Part shown: positions 11,399 to 20,933 of the stretch, piece by piece | Layout of the letters: each line of letters opens with the position of its first letter | Position numbering within the stretch: position 1 is the stretch's first letter | Assembly (NCBI GenBank): GCA_964557005.1 | Contig: CAZKYI010000004.1 | Span: 38,111-102,110, forward strand | Direction of reading: 5' to 3' | From: an uncultured Pseudomonadales bacterium | GTDB lineage: Bacteria; Pseudomonadota; Gammaproteobacteria; Pseudomonadales; JBECKS01 | Length of the DNA stretch: 64,000 bases | Program-made: the position numbers and the translations under genes | Notes under the pieces: generated by a model | Databases searched by the model: none | What the model saw: the letters and a program-made list of their open reading frames with translations, nothing else | Told to the model about the DNA's origin: nothing

Positions 11399-11901
11399 TA
11401 AAGGCTTTGCAAATACTGCGCGGTTTTTTCCAAATCATTTTTCAAGGCTTTTTCTGCCTTGGGCAACATGAATTTTTCAAGTTGTTTGCCCACAACAGGT
11501 ATACTGGCACTAATGTCAAGTTCTACCTTAGCAAGACATTGGTCAGCAGATTTTTCCAGCAGTTTGAAATTGATGTTTGCACGAACGGGAACGCCTTTGG
11601 CTTGAATGACATGACTACCGCTTGCGTTGTCAGAGTTCCATTTTACGGTGGTGATAATGCTGGCTGAATTACCCACCAGTTTATCCACCACTTTTTTTAA
11701 CATGCCAGGTAGTTTGTCGGTGCGAATTTCTGCTTGCCGCTCGATTTCAATCAGGGTGTTTGCGCCTTTTTGTTCAAAACGGGTGATGGTGGAATCAAGT
11801 TCTTCCTGTTCGAAGCGGTTTTGATAAAAATCTTTTGAAGTGTATTGCGCTAACAAATTTTTTTGTGAAGTTTTGAAAATATATTCAACATGGGTTTTCA
11901 T
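11398..11901 (-). CDS. SRPBCC-fold / DUF2505-like protein
   Basis: 167 aa. The pattern resembles DUF2505 (assignment from memory, not searched). Its stop overlaps the fucosidase ATG by 1 nt (TAATG). Confidence 0.5.
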   Translation of the reverse strand: MKTHVEYIFKTSQKNLLAQYTSKDFYQNRFEQEELDSTITRFEQKGANTLIEIERQAEIRTDKLPGMLKKVVDKLVGNSASIITTVKWNSDNASGSHVIQAKGVPVRANINFKLLEKSADQCLAKVELDISASIPVVGKQLEKFMLPKAEKALKNDLEKTAQYLQSL

Positions 11902-11978
11902 TGGATATTCTCTGGGCAGATTGTGGAGCGAAGCATAGGCTTTTGGGTGTAAAGCTGTATATATAAAATCACGCCAAC

Positions 11979-12848
11979 TTAGTTGTTATTTTTTAACAAC
12001 TTTAGCATGGCATTGGCTGCGTTGGAGAGGGTTCTGTCTTCATGATAGATGCAGCCCAGGCTTCGATGAATTTCCAAATCCTTGATGGGCAAAATGCTCA
12101 GTTCCTTGTCGATCATGGTTTCAGGTAAAGCACTCCAGCCCATGCCGATGCTCACCATCATGCGAATGGTTTCAATGTAATTGGTGTTCATGGCAATTTG
12201 AATGGGAATGCCTTGTTGCTGAAAGGTCGATTCAATGATGCTGCGCGTGAAGGTTTTTTCACTCGGCAAGATGGCTTTGTACGCTGCGAGGTCGGCCAGC
12301 TTGAGTGATGTTTGCTTTGCCAGTGTATGATCTTTGGCTACCACAATGTGCAGACGGTCGTCCCATACCTTGTGGCTGAGAATTTTGCTGCGTGTGTTAT
12401 CGGGAATGGTGACCACCGCCAATTCCAGCTCTCCCTGAAAAACCGCATCATGTGCTTCTTCAGAATCGACAAAGCGAATATCGAGATTCACTTCAGGGTA
12501 CTGTTTGCTAAAGCGTTTGAGCAGGGGCGGTAAGCGTCTTAAACCTATGTGATGGCTGGCACCAATCGTCAAGTCGCCTTTCACTTCATTTTTAAGCGTG
12601 CTCATAGCGCGTCGCAGGTCTTCAAGTTCCAGCAAAATACCCTGCGCCTTGGGCAGCAGTGCCTTGCCTTGCTCGGTAAGACTGACCTTGTGGCCAATGC
12701 GATCAAACAATTTCACATTCAGGCTTTCTTCCAGTAAGGCAACGCGCTTGCTGACAGCGGGTTGACTCAGGAACAGTGCTTCCGCCGCTAAAGAGAAGGA
12801 GCTGCAATGCGCTACGCTCACAAATGTTTTCAGTTCATTGATTTCCAT
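11979..12848 (-). CDS. LysR-family transcriptional regulator, divergent from leuCDB
   Basis: 289 aa. N-terminal wHTH SFSLAAEALFLSQPAVSKRVALLEESLNVKLFDR followed by a LysR substrate-binding body. Confidence 0.92.
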   Translation of the reverse strand: MEINELKTFVSVAHCSSFSLAAEALFLSQPAVSKRVALLEESLNVKLFDRIGHKVSLTEQGKALLPKAQGILLELEDLRRAMSTLKNEVKGDLTIGASHHIGLRRLPPLLKRFSKQYPEVNLDIRFVDSEEAHDAVFQGELELAVVTIPDNTRSKILSHKVWDDRLHIVVAKDHTLAKQTSLKLADLAAYKAILPSEKTFTRSIIESTFQQQGIPIQIAMNTNYIETIRMMVSIGMGWSALPETMIDKELSILPIKDLEIHRSLGCIYHEDRTLSNAANAMLKLLKNNN

Positions 12849-12886
12849 CGATGCTTGCCTGTGTCGTTTGAATACAAAAGTATAGC

Positions 12887-12901
12887 ATTACTAAAAGTAA
12901 T
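12887..12901. promoter_or_regulatory. candidate LysR box (T-N11-A palindrome) in the lysR/leuC divergent region
   Basis: Perfect inverted repeat ATTACT-AAA-AGTAAT that contains T(12888)-N11-A(12900). It lies 39 nt from the LysR start and 88 nt from the leuC start. Confidence 0.45.
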
Positions 12902-12988
12902 CATATCTATAAAAATATAAAATTTGAGTTATGGATTATAGCGGCATAGCATTGCCTCATTGATTAACACCTTGGCAGGGGAAACGGC

Positions 12989-14416
12989 ATGGCAGGACAA
13001 ACCTTATACGACAAATTGTGGCAAATACATTTGGTCAGGCAGCGGGAAGACGGTACAGCGCTCATCTATATCGACAGACATTTATTACACGAGGTCACCT
13101 CTCCACAAGCCTTTGAAGGCTTGAAGCTGGCGGGGCGCAAGCCTTGGCGCATCGACTCGAACATCGCCACACCTGATCACAATGTGCCCACCGTCAACCA
13201 GAAATCGGGTGTCGATGCGATTGCAGACCAAACCTCGCGTATTCAGGTAAAAACACTTGATGCGAATTGTGAGGAATACGGCATTGTCGAATTCAAGATG
13301 AATGATGTGCGTCAGGGGATTGTTCATGTGATTGGCCCTGAACAGGGAGCCACCTTGCCAGGCATGACCATTGTGTGCGGGGATTCCCATACCGCTACGC
13401 ACGGTGCTTTTGGTGCCTTGGCACATGGTATTGGTACCTCAGAGGTGGAGCATGTATTGGCTACCCAATGTCTGATTCAGCGCAAAATGAAAAATATGTT
13501 GATTAAGGTCGATGGTACCTTGGGCAAGGGTGTGACCGCCAAGGACATTATTCTGGCCATTATCGCCAAAATAGGCACAGCAGGTGGTACTGGCCACACC
13601 ATTGAGTTTGCAGGTTCTGCCATTCGTGCCTTGAGCATGGAAGGGCGTATGACCTTATGCAACATGGCGATTGAGGCGGGTGCGCGTGCAGGTATGGTGG
13701 CCGTCGATCAAACCACGATTGATTACGTTAAAGGCAGACCTTTTTCACCTACAGGCGCACATTGGGAACAAGCGGTGAGTATGTGGCGCACGCTGGTGAG
13801 TGATGAAGATGCTCATTTTGACACGGTGGTGGAATTAAAGGCGGAAGACATCAAGCCGCAAGTGAGCTGGGGAACCTCGCCTGAAATGGTGGCACCGATT
13901 GATGGCAGTGTGCCTTTACCCGAAAACGAAAATGATGCTGTTAAACGCGAAGGGATTGTGCGTGCTTGCCAATACATGGGTTTTGAGCCGGGTAAAAAAA
14001 TTACCGACATTTATCTGGATAAAATTTTTATCGGTTCCTGTACCAATTCCCGCATTGAAGACTTAAGGCAGGCGGCTGAAGTACTAAAAGGACGCAAGAT
14101 TGCCAATACCATCAAGCTGGCGATGGTGGTTCCAGGGTCTGGTCTGGTGAAACAGCAGGCTGAGAAAGAAGGGCTGCACACCATTTTCCTTGCAGCGGGT
14201 TTTGAATGGCGTGAACCGGGTTGTTCCATGTGTCTGGCCATGAATGACGACAAGTTGGGTGAGGGTGAACATTGCGCTTCGACTTCTAATCGTAATTTTG
14301 AAGGTCGTCAGGGCTATGGTGGTAGAACCCATTTGGTGAGCCCTGCGATGGCGGCTGCGGCTGCGGTAAAAGGGCATTTCGTTGATGTGAATGAATTATT
14401 GAGGGCGGAGGTATAA
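12989..14416 (+). CDS. leuC: 3-isopropylmalate dehydratase large subunit
   Basis: 475 aa. Aconitase-family motifs VCGDSHT and IGSCTNSR, with CSMCLAMN. Confidence 0.97.
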   Translation: MAGQTLYDKLWQIHLVRQREDGTALIYIDRHLLHEVTSPQAFEGLKLAGRKPWRIDSNIATPDHNVPTVNQKSGVDAIADQTSRIQVKTLDANCEEYGIVEFKMNDVRQGIVHVIGPEQGATLPGMTIVCGDSHTATHGAFGALAHGIGTSEVEHVLATQCLIQRKMKNMLIKVDGTLGKGVTAKDIILAIIAKIGTAGGTGHTIEFAGSAIRALSMEGRMTLCNMAIEAGARAGMVAVDQTTIDYVKGRPFSPTGAHWEQAVSMWRTLVSDEDAHFDTVVELKAEDIKPQVSWGTSPEMVAPIDGSVPLPENENDAVKREGIVRACQYMGFEPGKKITDIYLDKIFIGSCTNSRIEDLRQAAEVLKGRKIANTIKLAMVVPGSGLVKQQAEKEGLHTIFLAAGFEWREPGCSMCLAMNDDKLGEGEHCASTSNRNFEGRQGYGGRTHLVSPAMAAAAAVKGHFVDVNELLRAEV

Positions 14417-14419
14417 GCA

Positions 14420-15067
14420 ATGCAAAAGTTTGAAAAACAGACATGGTTGGTTGCACCACTGGACAGAGCCAATGTGGATACCGACATGATTATTCCCAAA
14501 CAGTTTTTGAAATCCATCAAGCGTACCGGCTTTGGTGTGAACCTGTTTGATGAATGGCGTTATCTTGATCACGGGGAGCCGGGGCAGGATTGCAGTACGA
14601 GACCCTTGAATAGCGATTTTGTATTGAACCAGCCACGGTATAAAAACGCTGGCATTTTATTAACGCGCAGAAACTTTGGTTGTGGCTCCAGTCGTGAACA
14701 TGCGCCTTGGGCTTTGCAGGAATACGGTTTCAAAGCCGTGATTGCGCCAGGTTTTGCCGATATTTTTTTCAATAACTGTTTCAAGATTGGTCTTTTGCCG
14801 ATTGTGTTGAGCGAAGAAGAAGTAGAGTGTTTGTTTCAAGCGGTGTACGCCACATCGGGTTTTTCCCTTGAAATTGATTTAGAGCAGCAAACTCTTTACG
14901 ATGCCGCCGGTTCTGTTTATCGCTTTGAAATTGATGCTTTCAGAAAACATTGTTTGTTGAATGGTCTGGACGATATTGGTCTGACTTTGGAAAACGCAGA
15001 GGCCATCAGAGCTTTTGAAGCGCAGCAAAAAAAATCCAGCCCCTGGTTATATGGTGCGATTAAATAA
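14420..15067 (+). CDS. leuD: 3-isopropylmalate dehydratase small subunit
   Basis: 215 aa. [15 protein letters not shown] motif, placed immediately after leuC. Confidence 0.96.
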   Translation: MQKFEKQTWLVAPLDRANVDTDMIIPKQFLKSIKRTGFGVNLFDEWRYLDHGEPGQDCSTRPLNSDFVLNQPRYKNAGILLTRRNFGCGSSREHAPWALQEYGFKAVIAPGFADIFFNNCFKIGLLPIVLSEEEVECLFQAVYATSGFSLEIDLEQQTLYDAAGSVYRFEIDAFRKHCLLNGLDDIGLTLENAEAIRAFEAQQKKSSPWLYGAIK

Positions 15068-15086
15068 TTTTAATTAAAGGCAGATT

Positions 15087-16163
15087 ATGAAAACGATTTT
15101 GATTCTTTCTGGTGATGGCATTGGTCCTGAGATTATGGCTCAAGCCGTTCAGGTGCTGAATAAAGTAATTGCACTGGACGGGCTGGAACTAAAACTGGAT
15201 GAAGCGCTGGTGGGTGGTTGTGCTTATGACGCACACGGTCATCCGCTACCCGATGTTACGATGGAAAAAGCCAGAGCAGCAGATGCGATTTTGTTGGGCG
15301 CAGTTGGCGGGCCGAAATGGGAAAGTCTGGATATTTCCGTGCGTCCTGAAAAAGGTTTGCTGGGTTTACGTTCGGAACTCGAATTGTTCGCCAATTTACG
15401 TCCGGCACTTTTGTATCCGCAACTGGTTGATGCCTCCAGTTTGAAACCGGAAGTGGTTGCCGGTCTGGATTTGATGATCGTGCGTGAACTGACTGGCGGT
15501 ATTTATTTCGGCAAACCGCGTGGTGTGAAAATTAACGAGCAGGGTTTGCGTGAGGGATTTAACACCGCTGTTTATAACGAAGCAGAAATTATCCGTATTG
15601 GACGTATCGCCTTTGAAGCCGCGCAGAAACGGCGCAAGCGTTTGTGTTCTGTCGATAAAGCCAACGTGCTGGAAGTAACCGAGTTGTGGCGTGAAGTGAT
15701 GACTGGATTGTCGGCGGAATACCCTGATGTTGAATTAAGTCATATGTATGTGGATAACGCTGCCATGCAGTTGATTCGTTCGCCCAAACAATTTGATGTG
15801 ATGGTCACTGGAAACATGTTCGGTGATATTTTGTCCGATGCCGCCGCCATGCTCACTGGTTCGATTGGTATGTTGCCTTCCGCAGCACTCGATAAAAATA
15901 ACAAGGGCATGTATGAGCCTTGTCACGGTTCGGCACCCGATATTGCTGGTAAAGGTGTGGCTAATCCATTGGCGACTATTTTGTCAGCAGCCATGATGCT
16001 CAAATATTCTTTCGGTTACAGCGACTCCGCACAGTTGATTGAAGATGCGGTAATTCGTGTGCTGGATAAAGGTTTTCGCACGGGTGACATTATGTCGGCC
16101 GGTTGCAAGCATGTGAATACGCGCGAAATGGGACAGGCAGTATTAAGTGAATTACATCGTTAA
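15087..16163 (+). CDS. leuB: 3-isopropylmalate dehydrogenase
   Basis: 358 aa. NMFGDILSD signature and GDGIGPEI N-terminus. Confidence 0.97.
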   Translation: MKTILILSGDGIGPEIMAQAVQVLNKVIALDGLELKLDEALVGGCAYDAHGHPLPDVTMEKARAADAILLGAVGGPKWESLDISVRPEKGLLGLRSELELFANLRPALLYPQLVDASSLKPEVVAGLDLMIVRELTGGIYFGKPRGVKINEQGLREGFNTAVYNEAEIIRIGRIAFEAAQKRRKRLCSVDKANVLEVTELWREVMTGLSAEYPDVELSHMYVDNAAMQLIRSPKQFDVMVTGNMFGDILSDAAAMLTGSIGMLPSAALDKNNKGMYEPCHGSAPDIAGKGVANPLATILSAAMMLKYSFGYSDSAQLIEDAVIRVLDKGFRTGDIMSAGCKHVNTREMGQAVLSELHR

Positions 16164-16186
16164 ATTTTTTTTGAAAGGTTCAGGCA

Positions 16187-17209
16187 ATGACAAAAACATA
16201 TGACGTAGCAGTGGTGGGTGCAACAGGCGCGGTAGGCGAAACCATGATTTCGATTCTTGAAGAACGAAATTTTCCTGTTGGTACCTTGTATCCTTTGGCG
16301 AGCGAACGCTCTGCTGGAAAAATTGTTTCTTTCCGAGGCAAATCAGTGCGCGTACAAAGTCTGGATGATTTCGATTTCTCCAAAGCACAAATCGGTTTGT
16401 TTTCTGCAGGTGGTAGTATTTCTGAAAAGTATGCGCCGATTGCAGGTGCGGCTGGTTGTGTGGTTATCGATAACACTTCACATTTTCGTTATCAGGAAGA
16501 TATTCCTTTAGTGGTTCCCGAAGTGAATCCCGATGCCATTGCCGAGTATAAAAATCACAACATTATTGCCAATCCAAATTGTTCTACCATTCAAATGCTG
16601 GTTGCGCTTAAACCGATTTATGACAACTACGGAATAGAAAGAATCAATGTTGCAACTTATCAGGCAGTTTCAGGAACAGGAAAAGAAGCGATTGAAGAAC
16701 TTGCTGCACAAACAGCGGCATTGCTGAATGTGAAACCGGTTGAAAGTAAAGTTTATCCCAAACAAATTGCGTTCAATGTTTTGCCACATATTGATGTGTT
16801 TCAGGACAACGGTTACACCAAAGAAGAAATGAAAATGGTTTGGGAAACCAAAAAGATTTTTGGTGATGAAAGTATTCTGGTTAATCCAACCTGTGTGCGT
16901 GTACCGGTTTTCTATGGTCACTCTGAGGCTGTGCATGTGGAATGCAAACAGCCAGTTCGCGCTGAAGAAGTACGTGAGCTGCTTCAATCTGCGGCAGGTG
17001 TCACTGTGCTTGACGAAAGAAAAGCAGGAGGGTATGCCACAGCGGTTACCGAATCGGCGGGCAATGACCCTGTTTTTGTGAGCCGTATCCGCAATGATAT
17101 TTCCCACCCGAATGGCATAAATCTGTGGATTGTTTCTGATAATGTGCGAAAAGGTGCTGCCCTGAACAGCGTTCAAATTGCAGAAAAGTTGATAAAACTC
17201 TATTTATAA
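16187..17209 (+). CDS. asd: aspartate-semialdehyde dehydrogenase, short (Gram-positive/USG-1-like) type
   Basis: 340 aa. VAVVGATGAVG, active-site IANPNCSTIQM (Cys) and FYGHSEAV (His). Strongly resembles the short Asd class. Confidence 0.88.
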   Translation: MTKTYDVAVVGATGAVGETMISILEERNFPVGTLYPLASERSAGKIVSFRGKSVRVQSLDDFDFSKAQIGLFSAGGSISEKYAPIAGAAGCVVIDNTSHFRYQEDIPLVVPEVNPDAIAEYKNHNIIANPNCSTIQMLVALKPIYDNYGIERINVATYQAVSGTGKEAIEELAAQTAALLNVKPVESKVYPKQIAFNVLPHIDVFQDNGYTKEEMKMVWETKKIFGDESILVNPTCVRVPVFYGHSEAVHVECKQPVRAEEVRELLQSAAGVTVLDERKAGGYATAVTESAGNDPVFVSRIRNDISHPNGINLWIVSDNVRKGAALNSVQIAEKLIKLYL

Positions 17210-17232
17210 TTGATACTTAGCGCAATTATGTA

Positions 17233-17305
17233 AGGTACTTTCTAGGAAGTTCATCTATAATCCTGGAACTGAAAACTGGAAAGTACCTGAGGAATCAGTT
17301 TTTTT
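17233..17305 (+). terminator. structured region / probable terminator downstream of asd
   Basis: A perfect 10-bp stem pairs AGGTACTTTC (17233-17242) with GAAAGTACCT (17279-17288). Next comes a small CTGA/TCAG hairpin, then a T7 run (17299-17305). Confidence 0.4.
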
Positions 17306-17370
17306 GTAATAAAAACAAAGCCTTATAATAATTATAAATACCTTAAAACTAGATATAAAAAGGTTTCAGG

Positions 17371-20010
17371 ATGGTTCGCAAATACTCTTTGGCCTTGGTT
17401 GCCTTGCTGGCACTGGTATCTTCAAATTTTGTTGTGGCCTTTGGATTGGGGGAAATTCACCTTAAATCCTATTTAAATCAACCATTTGAGGCAGAAATTG
17501 ATTTGGCTGATGTGGGTGATTTAACCGACAGCGAAATTATTGCAAGGTTGGGTAGCGCTAAGGATTTTGCCAATGTGGGTGTGCAAAGGGAGTTTTTCCT
17601 TACCCAACTCGATTTCACCGTTAAATTTGAAGAAAGTCGCAAATACATTCGTGTCGGCAGTCGGGATCCCGTTACTGAGCCTTTTCTCAATTTCCTGGTT
17701 GAATTTTTGTGGCCTGAGGGCAGATTGCTCAGGGAATATACAGTCTTACTTGATCCCCCCAGTTACGCCGCTCAGGTACAGGAACACAAGCAGGTTCCAG
17801 TTGTAAAACAAAGCCCCCCCGTGGTTTCAGAAAAACTGGCAGAGCCCCCCCGACAAGTTGAAGTTCCAGTAACCACAACGGTTGAAGCTGAACGTAGAAC
17901 AGTCGCTACCCAACCCAGGGATACCTTGTGGTCGATTGCCTCCAGAGAACGGCCTAATGAGTCGGTCAGTGTGCAACAGACCATGTTGGCAATTAAAAAG
18001 CTGAACCCTGATGCTTTTGAGCATAACAACATCAATTATATGAAAAAGAATCAGGTGCTAAGGATTCCTGATGAGCAGGAAATCCGTGCATTAGCGACCC
18101 GCGAGGCTTTGGGTATTGTTGCTGATGAGAATCGTGAGTGGGCGGGTAAGACTTCGGCAAGAGGCGGTAGTTTGCCAGTGGATACTGCGAAACTGGTTGG
18201 CAGCCAGCAAGTCACACCAATGGAAGACGGTGGTCAGGTAGGGAATCAAATGCGACTGGTTTCTGACAGTGAGTCAGGAACAGGTTTGAGTGGTGCAGGA
18301 AATGCTGATGAGCTGGCAAGAGTCCAGCGTGAAAATGAACAATTAAAATCCAATACACAATCTCTCAAAGCTCAAGTTTCGACTTCTGAGCGTTTGCTTT
18401 CACTCAAAGATCAACAGATAGCTGATTTGCAAGCAAGACTGGCTGAGCAGGGTGATGATGCGCCCGCATCTGTAGTCACTCAGGCAGATGTACAAACGGC
18501 ACCAATAGAGGTGCGGGACTATGAAAGTCTGGATTCAGAAGAGGTTTCTGATCGGGAAGTAGTGCAAGAGCGTTTTGAAGTTGAAACAAGCGATGATTCA
18601 TCGCTAGAAACGGTTGCGTCTGCTGCACCAGTTAGCTCGGTTGAGCAGAACGCAGGTTTGTTGAGTACGCCTCTGCTTATTGGTATCGGTGGTGTGGTTC
18701 TGATTATTTTGATGGGTCTTGGTTACTTCCTGTACAAACGCAGAATGTCAGGCACTTCAGCGAATCATCTTGAAACCCCGATGGAATTTTCTGATGAAGT
18801 GGCGGATTTTTCAGGCTTGGGTGATGAACAAGACAGTTTTGGCAATGATTTCTTTGAGGGTGCTCAGGAAAGTGATGGACAGGATCAATTGGACAATCTC
18901 ATTACCGAGGCTAATCAATACATTTCCTACAATCGTCACTCGCAGGCCGTCGAATTGCTCACCAATGCTTTGGATCAAGGCAATGACGACGTTTCAATTA
19001 AATTAAAACTTTTGGAAGCCTACACGGGTACGGGCGAGCGTGATGCCTTTGATGTATTGAGTGCAGAAGTGCTTGAGCAGGACATCTCACAGCAGAGTGT
19101 GGTTGAGAGCCTGGCTGCTGCATTTGGCGAAGAAAATCAGGAAGATGATTTTGATATTAGTCTCGATGATTTGGCCAACGACCTTGATTCAGATTTTGGA
19201 AAAATAGAACGATTTGAAGAGGAGGGTGATTCAGAATTAGAGCTGGATTCTTTATCAGATGAGTCAGATAAAGGTTTTGCTTCCAATAGCCTTGATAGTG
19301 AACTCGATTTGGATCTTGATTTGGAAGATAACTCAAGCGCAAGTGATGAGTTGGATAATCTGGATTTCAGTGGTGCTGATTCAGATGAGAGTGATACCGG
19401 TTTGGAGCTTGATCTGGATTTAAACGATACGATTATTCTGGAAGCCAGGGAGGCTCCTGCGGCTTCACCAGCGATAGAAATAGAAGATGATAATGCTCTG
19501 GAGCTTGAGCTGGATGAATTGAGTTTCGACGATGATGATGCAAGTGATGAAATCAGTCTTGATTTTGATGATGAAGAACAAGAGCCTGCTTCTGTCAGTG
19601 AAGAAGATGAGTTAAGTCTGGATGATGACCTGAATCTTGATGAAGATTTAAATCTTGATGAAGATTTGAGCTTTGATGACGATGACGCGCCTTCCCATGA
19701 CGATACCCTGATTATGGAAGCAGCATCTTCTGATTCTGATGAGGAAATTCTTGAGTTAGAGAATGATGCACTGGAATTGGATACTGCAACTGATGCTGAA
19801 TCAGATGCAGATAGCCTGTTTGCAGAAGGTGAGAGCGAAGATTTTGATTTGCCTGATGAAGGTGATGAAGCCGCAACAAAACTGGATTTGGCACGTGCCT
19901 ATATCGATATGGGTGATGATGAAGGCGCTAGAGACATTCTCGAAGAAGTATTAGCCGAAGGTGACGCTCAGCAAAAAGCGGAAGCACAGGCACTGCTCGG
20001 CAAATTATAA
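17371..20010 (+). CDS. fimV: FimV-family protein (LysM domain, single TM, highly acidic cytoplasmic region, C-terminal FimV motif)
   Basis: 879 aa. It has a signal/anchor N-terminus, a LysM-like block RDTLWSIAS...VLRIP, a TM segment LLIGIGGVVLIILMGLGYFLY and long D/E-rich repeats. The C-terminus LDLARAYIDMGDDEGARDILEEVL matches the family, as does the position between asd and truA seen in Pseudomonas. Confidence 0.88.
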   Translation: MVRKYSLALVALLALVSSNFVVAFGLGEIHLKSYLNQPFEAEIDLADVGDLTDSEIIARLGSAKDFANVGVQREFFLTQLDFTVKFEESRKYIRVGSRDPVTEPFLNFLVEFLWPEGRLLREYTVLLDPPSYAAQVQEHKQVPVVKQSPPVVSEKLAEPPRQVEVPVTTTVEAERRTVATQPRDTLWSIASRERPNESVSVQQTMLAIKKLNPDAFEHNNINYMKKNQVLRIPDEQEIRALATREALGIVADENREWAGKTSARGGSLPVDTAKLVGSQQVTPMEDGGQVGNQMRLVSDSESGTGLSGAGNADELARVQRENEQLKSNTQSLKAQVSTSERLLSLKDQQIADLQARLAEQGDDAPASVVTQADVQTAPIEVRDYESLDSEEVSDREVVQERFEVETSDDSSLETVASAAPVSSVEQNAGLLSTPLLIGIGGVVLIILMGLGYFLYKRRMSGTSANHLETPMEFSDEVADFSGLGDEQDSFGNDFFEGAQESDGQDQLDNLITEANQYISYNRHSQAVELLTNALDQGNDDVSIKLKLLEAYTGTGERDAFDVLSAEVLEQDISQQSVVESLAAAFGEENQEDDFDISLDDLANDLDSDFGKIERFEEEGDSELELDSLSDESDKGFASNSLDSELDLDLDLEDNSSASDELDNLDFSGADSDESDTGLELDLDLNDTIILEAREAPAASPAIEIEDDNALELELDELSFDDDDASDEISLDFDDEEQEPASVSEEDELSLDDDLNLDEDLNLDEDLSFDDDDAPSHDDTLIMEAASSDSDEEILELENDALELDTATDAESDADSLFAEGESEDFDLPDEGDEAATKLDLARAYIDMGDDEGARDILEEVLAEGDAQQKAEAQALLGKL
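19630..19683 (+). repeat. 3 x 18-nt imperfect in-frame tandem repeat inside the fimV acidic region
   Basis: The units are ctgaatcttgatgaagat, ttaaatcttgatgaagat and ttgagctttgatgacgat. They encode LNLDED / LNLDED / LSFDDD. Confidence 0.8.
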
Positions 20011-20028
20011 TTTTTAAAAAGACCTGTT

Positions 20029-20065
20029 AAGCCTTATCTGTTGCATGGCAGGTGAGGCTTTTTTA
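20029..20065 (+). terminator. weak candidate terminator after fimV
   Basis: A 6-bp AAGCCT/AGGCTT stem with a 20-nt loop, running into a T6 tract. Confidence 0.25.
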
Positions 20066-20086
20066 TTTCAGCTACATTTTTCCTGC

Positions 20087-20878
20087 ATGACACGAACAGC
20101 GCTCATTCTTCAATATAACGGTACTGCCTATCATGGGTGGCAATATCAGGATATACATGTGCCGACGGTTCAGATGCTGCTTGAGCAGGCCTTATCGCAG
20201 GTAGCAGGGGGCGAGATAATCAAGGTTCACTGTGCAGGCAGAACTGATGCGGGCGTACATGCCAGTGCGCAGGTGGTGCATTTTGAGCATCAGGTGCAAA
20301 GAGATACACGTGCATGGGTTGAAGGGGTGAACACACTTTTGCCGAACGACATTGCTGTTCAATGGGCGGCTGTAGTGTCTGATGAATTCCATGCACGCTT
20401 CAGTGCAGAAAGTCGCAGGTATCGTTATTTGATAGTGAACAAGCAGCAGCGTCCGGGTTTGTTTTCCTCGCAACTCACCTGGTTCAGGCATCCGCTTGAT
20501 GAAAAAAACATGCACGAAGCTGCACAATTTTTGCTGGGGGAAAATGATTTTCAGGCTTACCGAGGTGCGGGGTGTCAGTCGAAATCCTCGTTTAGAAATG
20601 TCACAGAAATTACTGTAAACAGATTCAATGAAATCATCACCATTGATATTGAAGCAAATGCTTTTCTGCTGCACATGGTCAGAAATATTGTTGGCGTACT
20701 GCTGGAAATTGGTCAGGGAATCAGGCCAGTGGATTGGAGCAAAACGGTTCTGGAGAGTAAGAACAGGCGCAATGCAGGTATTACCGCTCCGGCGCAAGGA
20801 TTGCATCTTGTGCAGGTGCGTTATCCGCCTGACTATGGCATACCGACGTTGAATGCACCTTCAATTCAATTTAGTTAG
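20087..20878 (+). CDS. truA: tRNA pseudouridine(38-40) synthase
   Basis: MTRTALILQYNGTAYHGWQ N-terminus and catalytic GRTDAGVHA. The ATG at 20087 is preferred over the 20045 ORF-track start. Confidence 0.93.
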   Translation: MTRTALILQYNGTAYHGWQYQDIHVPTVQMLLEQALSQVAGGEIIKVHCAGRTDAGVHASAQVVHFEHQVQRDTRAWVEGVNTLLPNDIAVQWAAVVSDEFHARFSAESRRYRYLIVNKQQRPGLFSSQLTWFRHPLDEKNMHEAAQFLLGENDFQAYRGAGCQSKSSFRNVTEITVNRFNEIITIDIEANAFLLHMVRNIVGVLLEIGQGIRPVDWSKTVLESKNRRNAGITAPAQGLHLVQVRYPPDYGIPTLNAPSIQFS

Positions 20879-20933
20879 TGATTCAATTTTGTTATGCTTG
20901 CTACTCCTGCCTGATGCGTAAACTTGCATACTC

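Noticed and set aside
12941-12973. Short ORF MDYSGIALPH upstream of leuC, considered as a leu leader peptide
   Set aside because: It has no run of Leu codons and no terminator/antiterminator structure after it.
19100-19950. Periodic repeat-rich DNA, checked as a possible CRISPR or minisatellite
   Set aside because: It is in frame within fimV and encodes acidic low-complexity protein. It has no spacer/repeat architecture.
20045-20086. 14-codon N-terminal extension of truA
   Set aside because: TruA family N-termini begin at the MTR..ALILQYNG block. The extension also covers the candidate fimV terminator.
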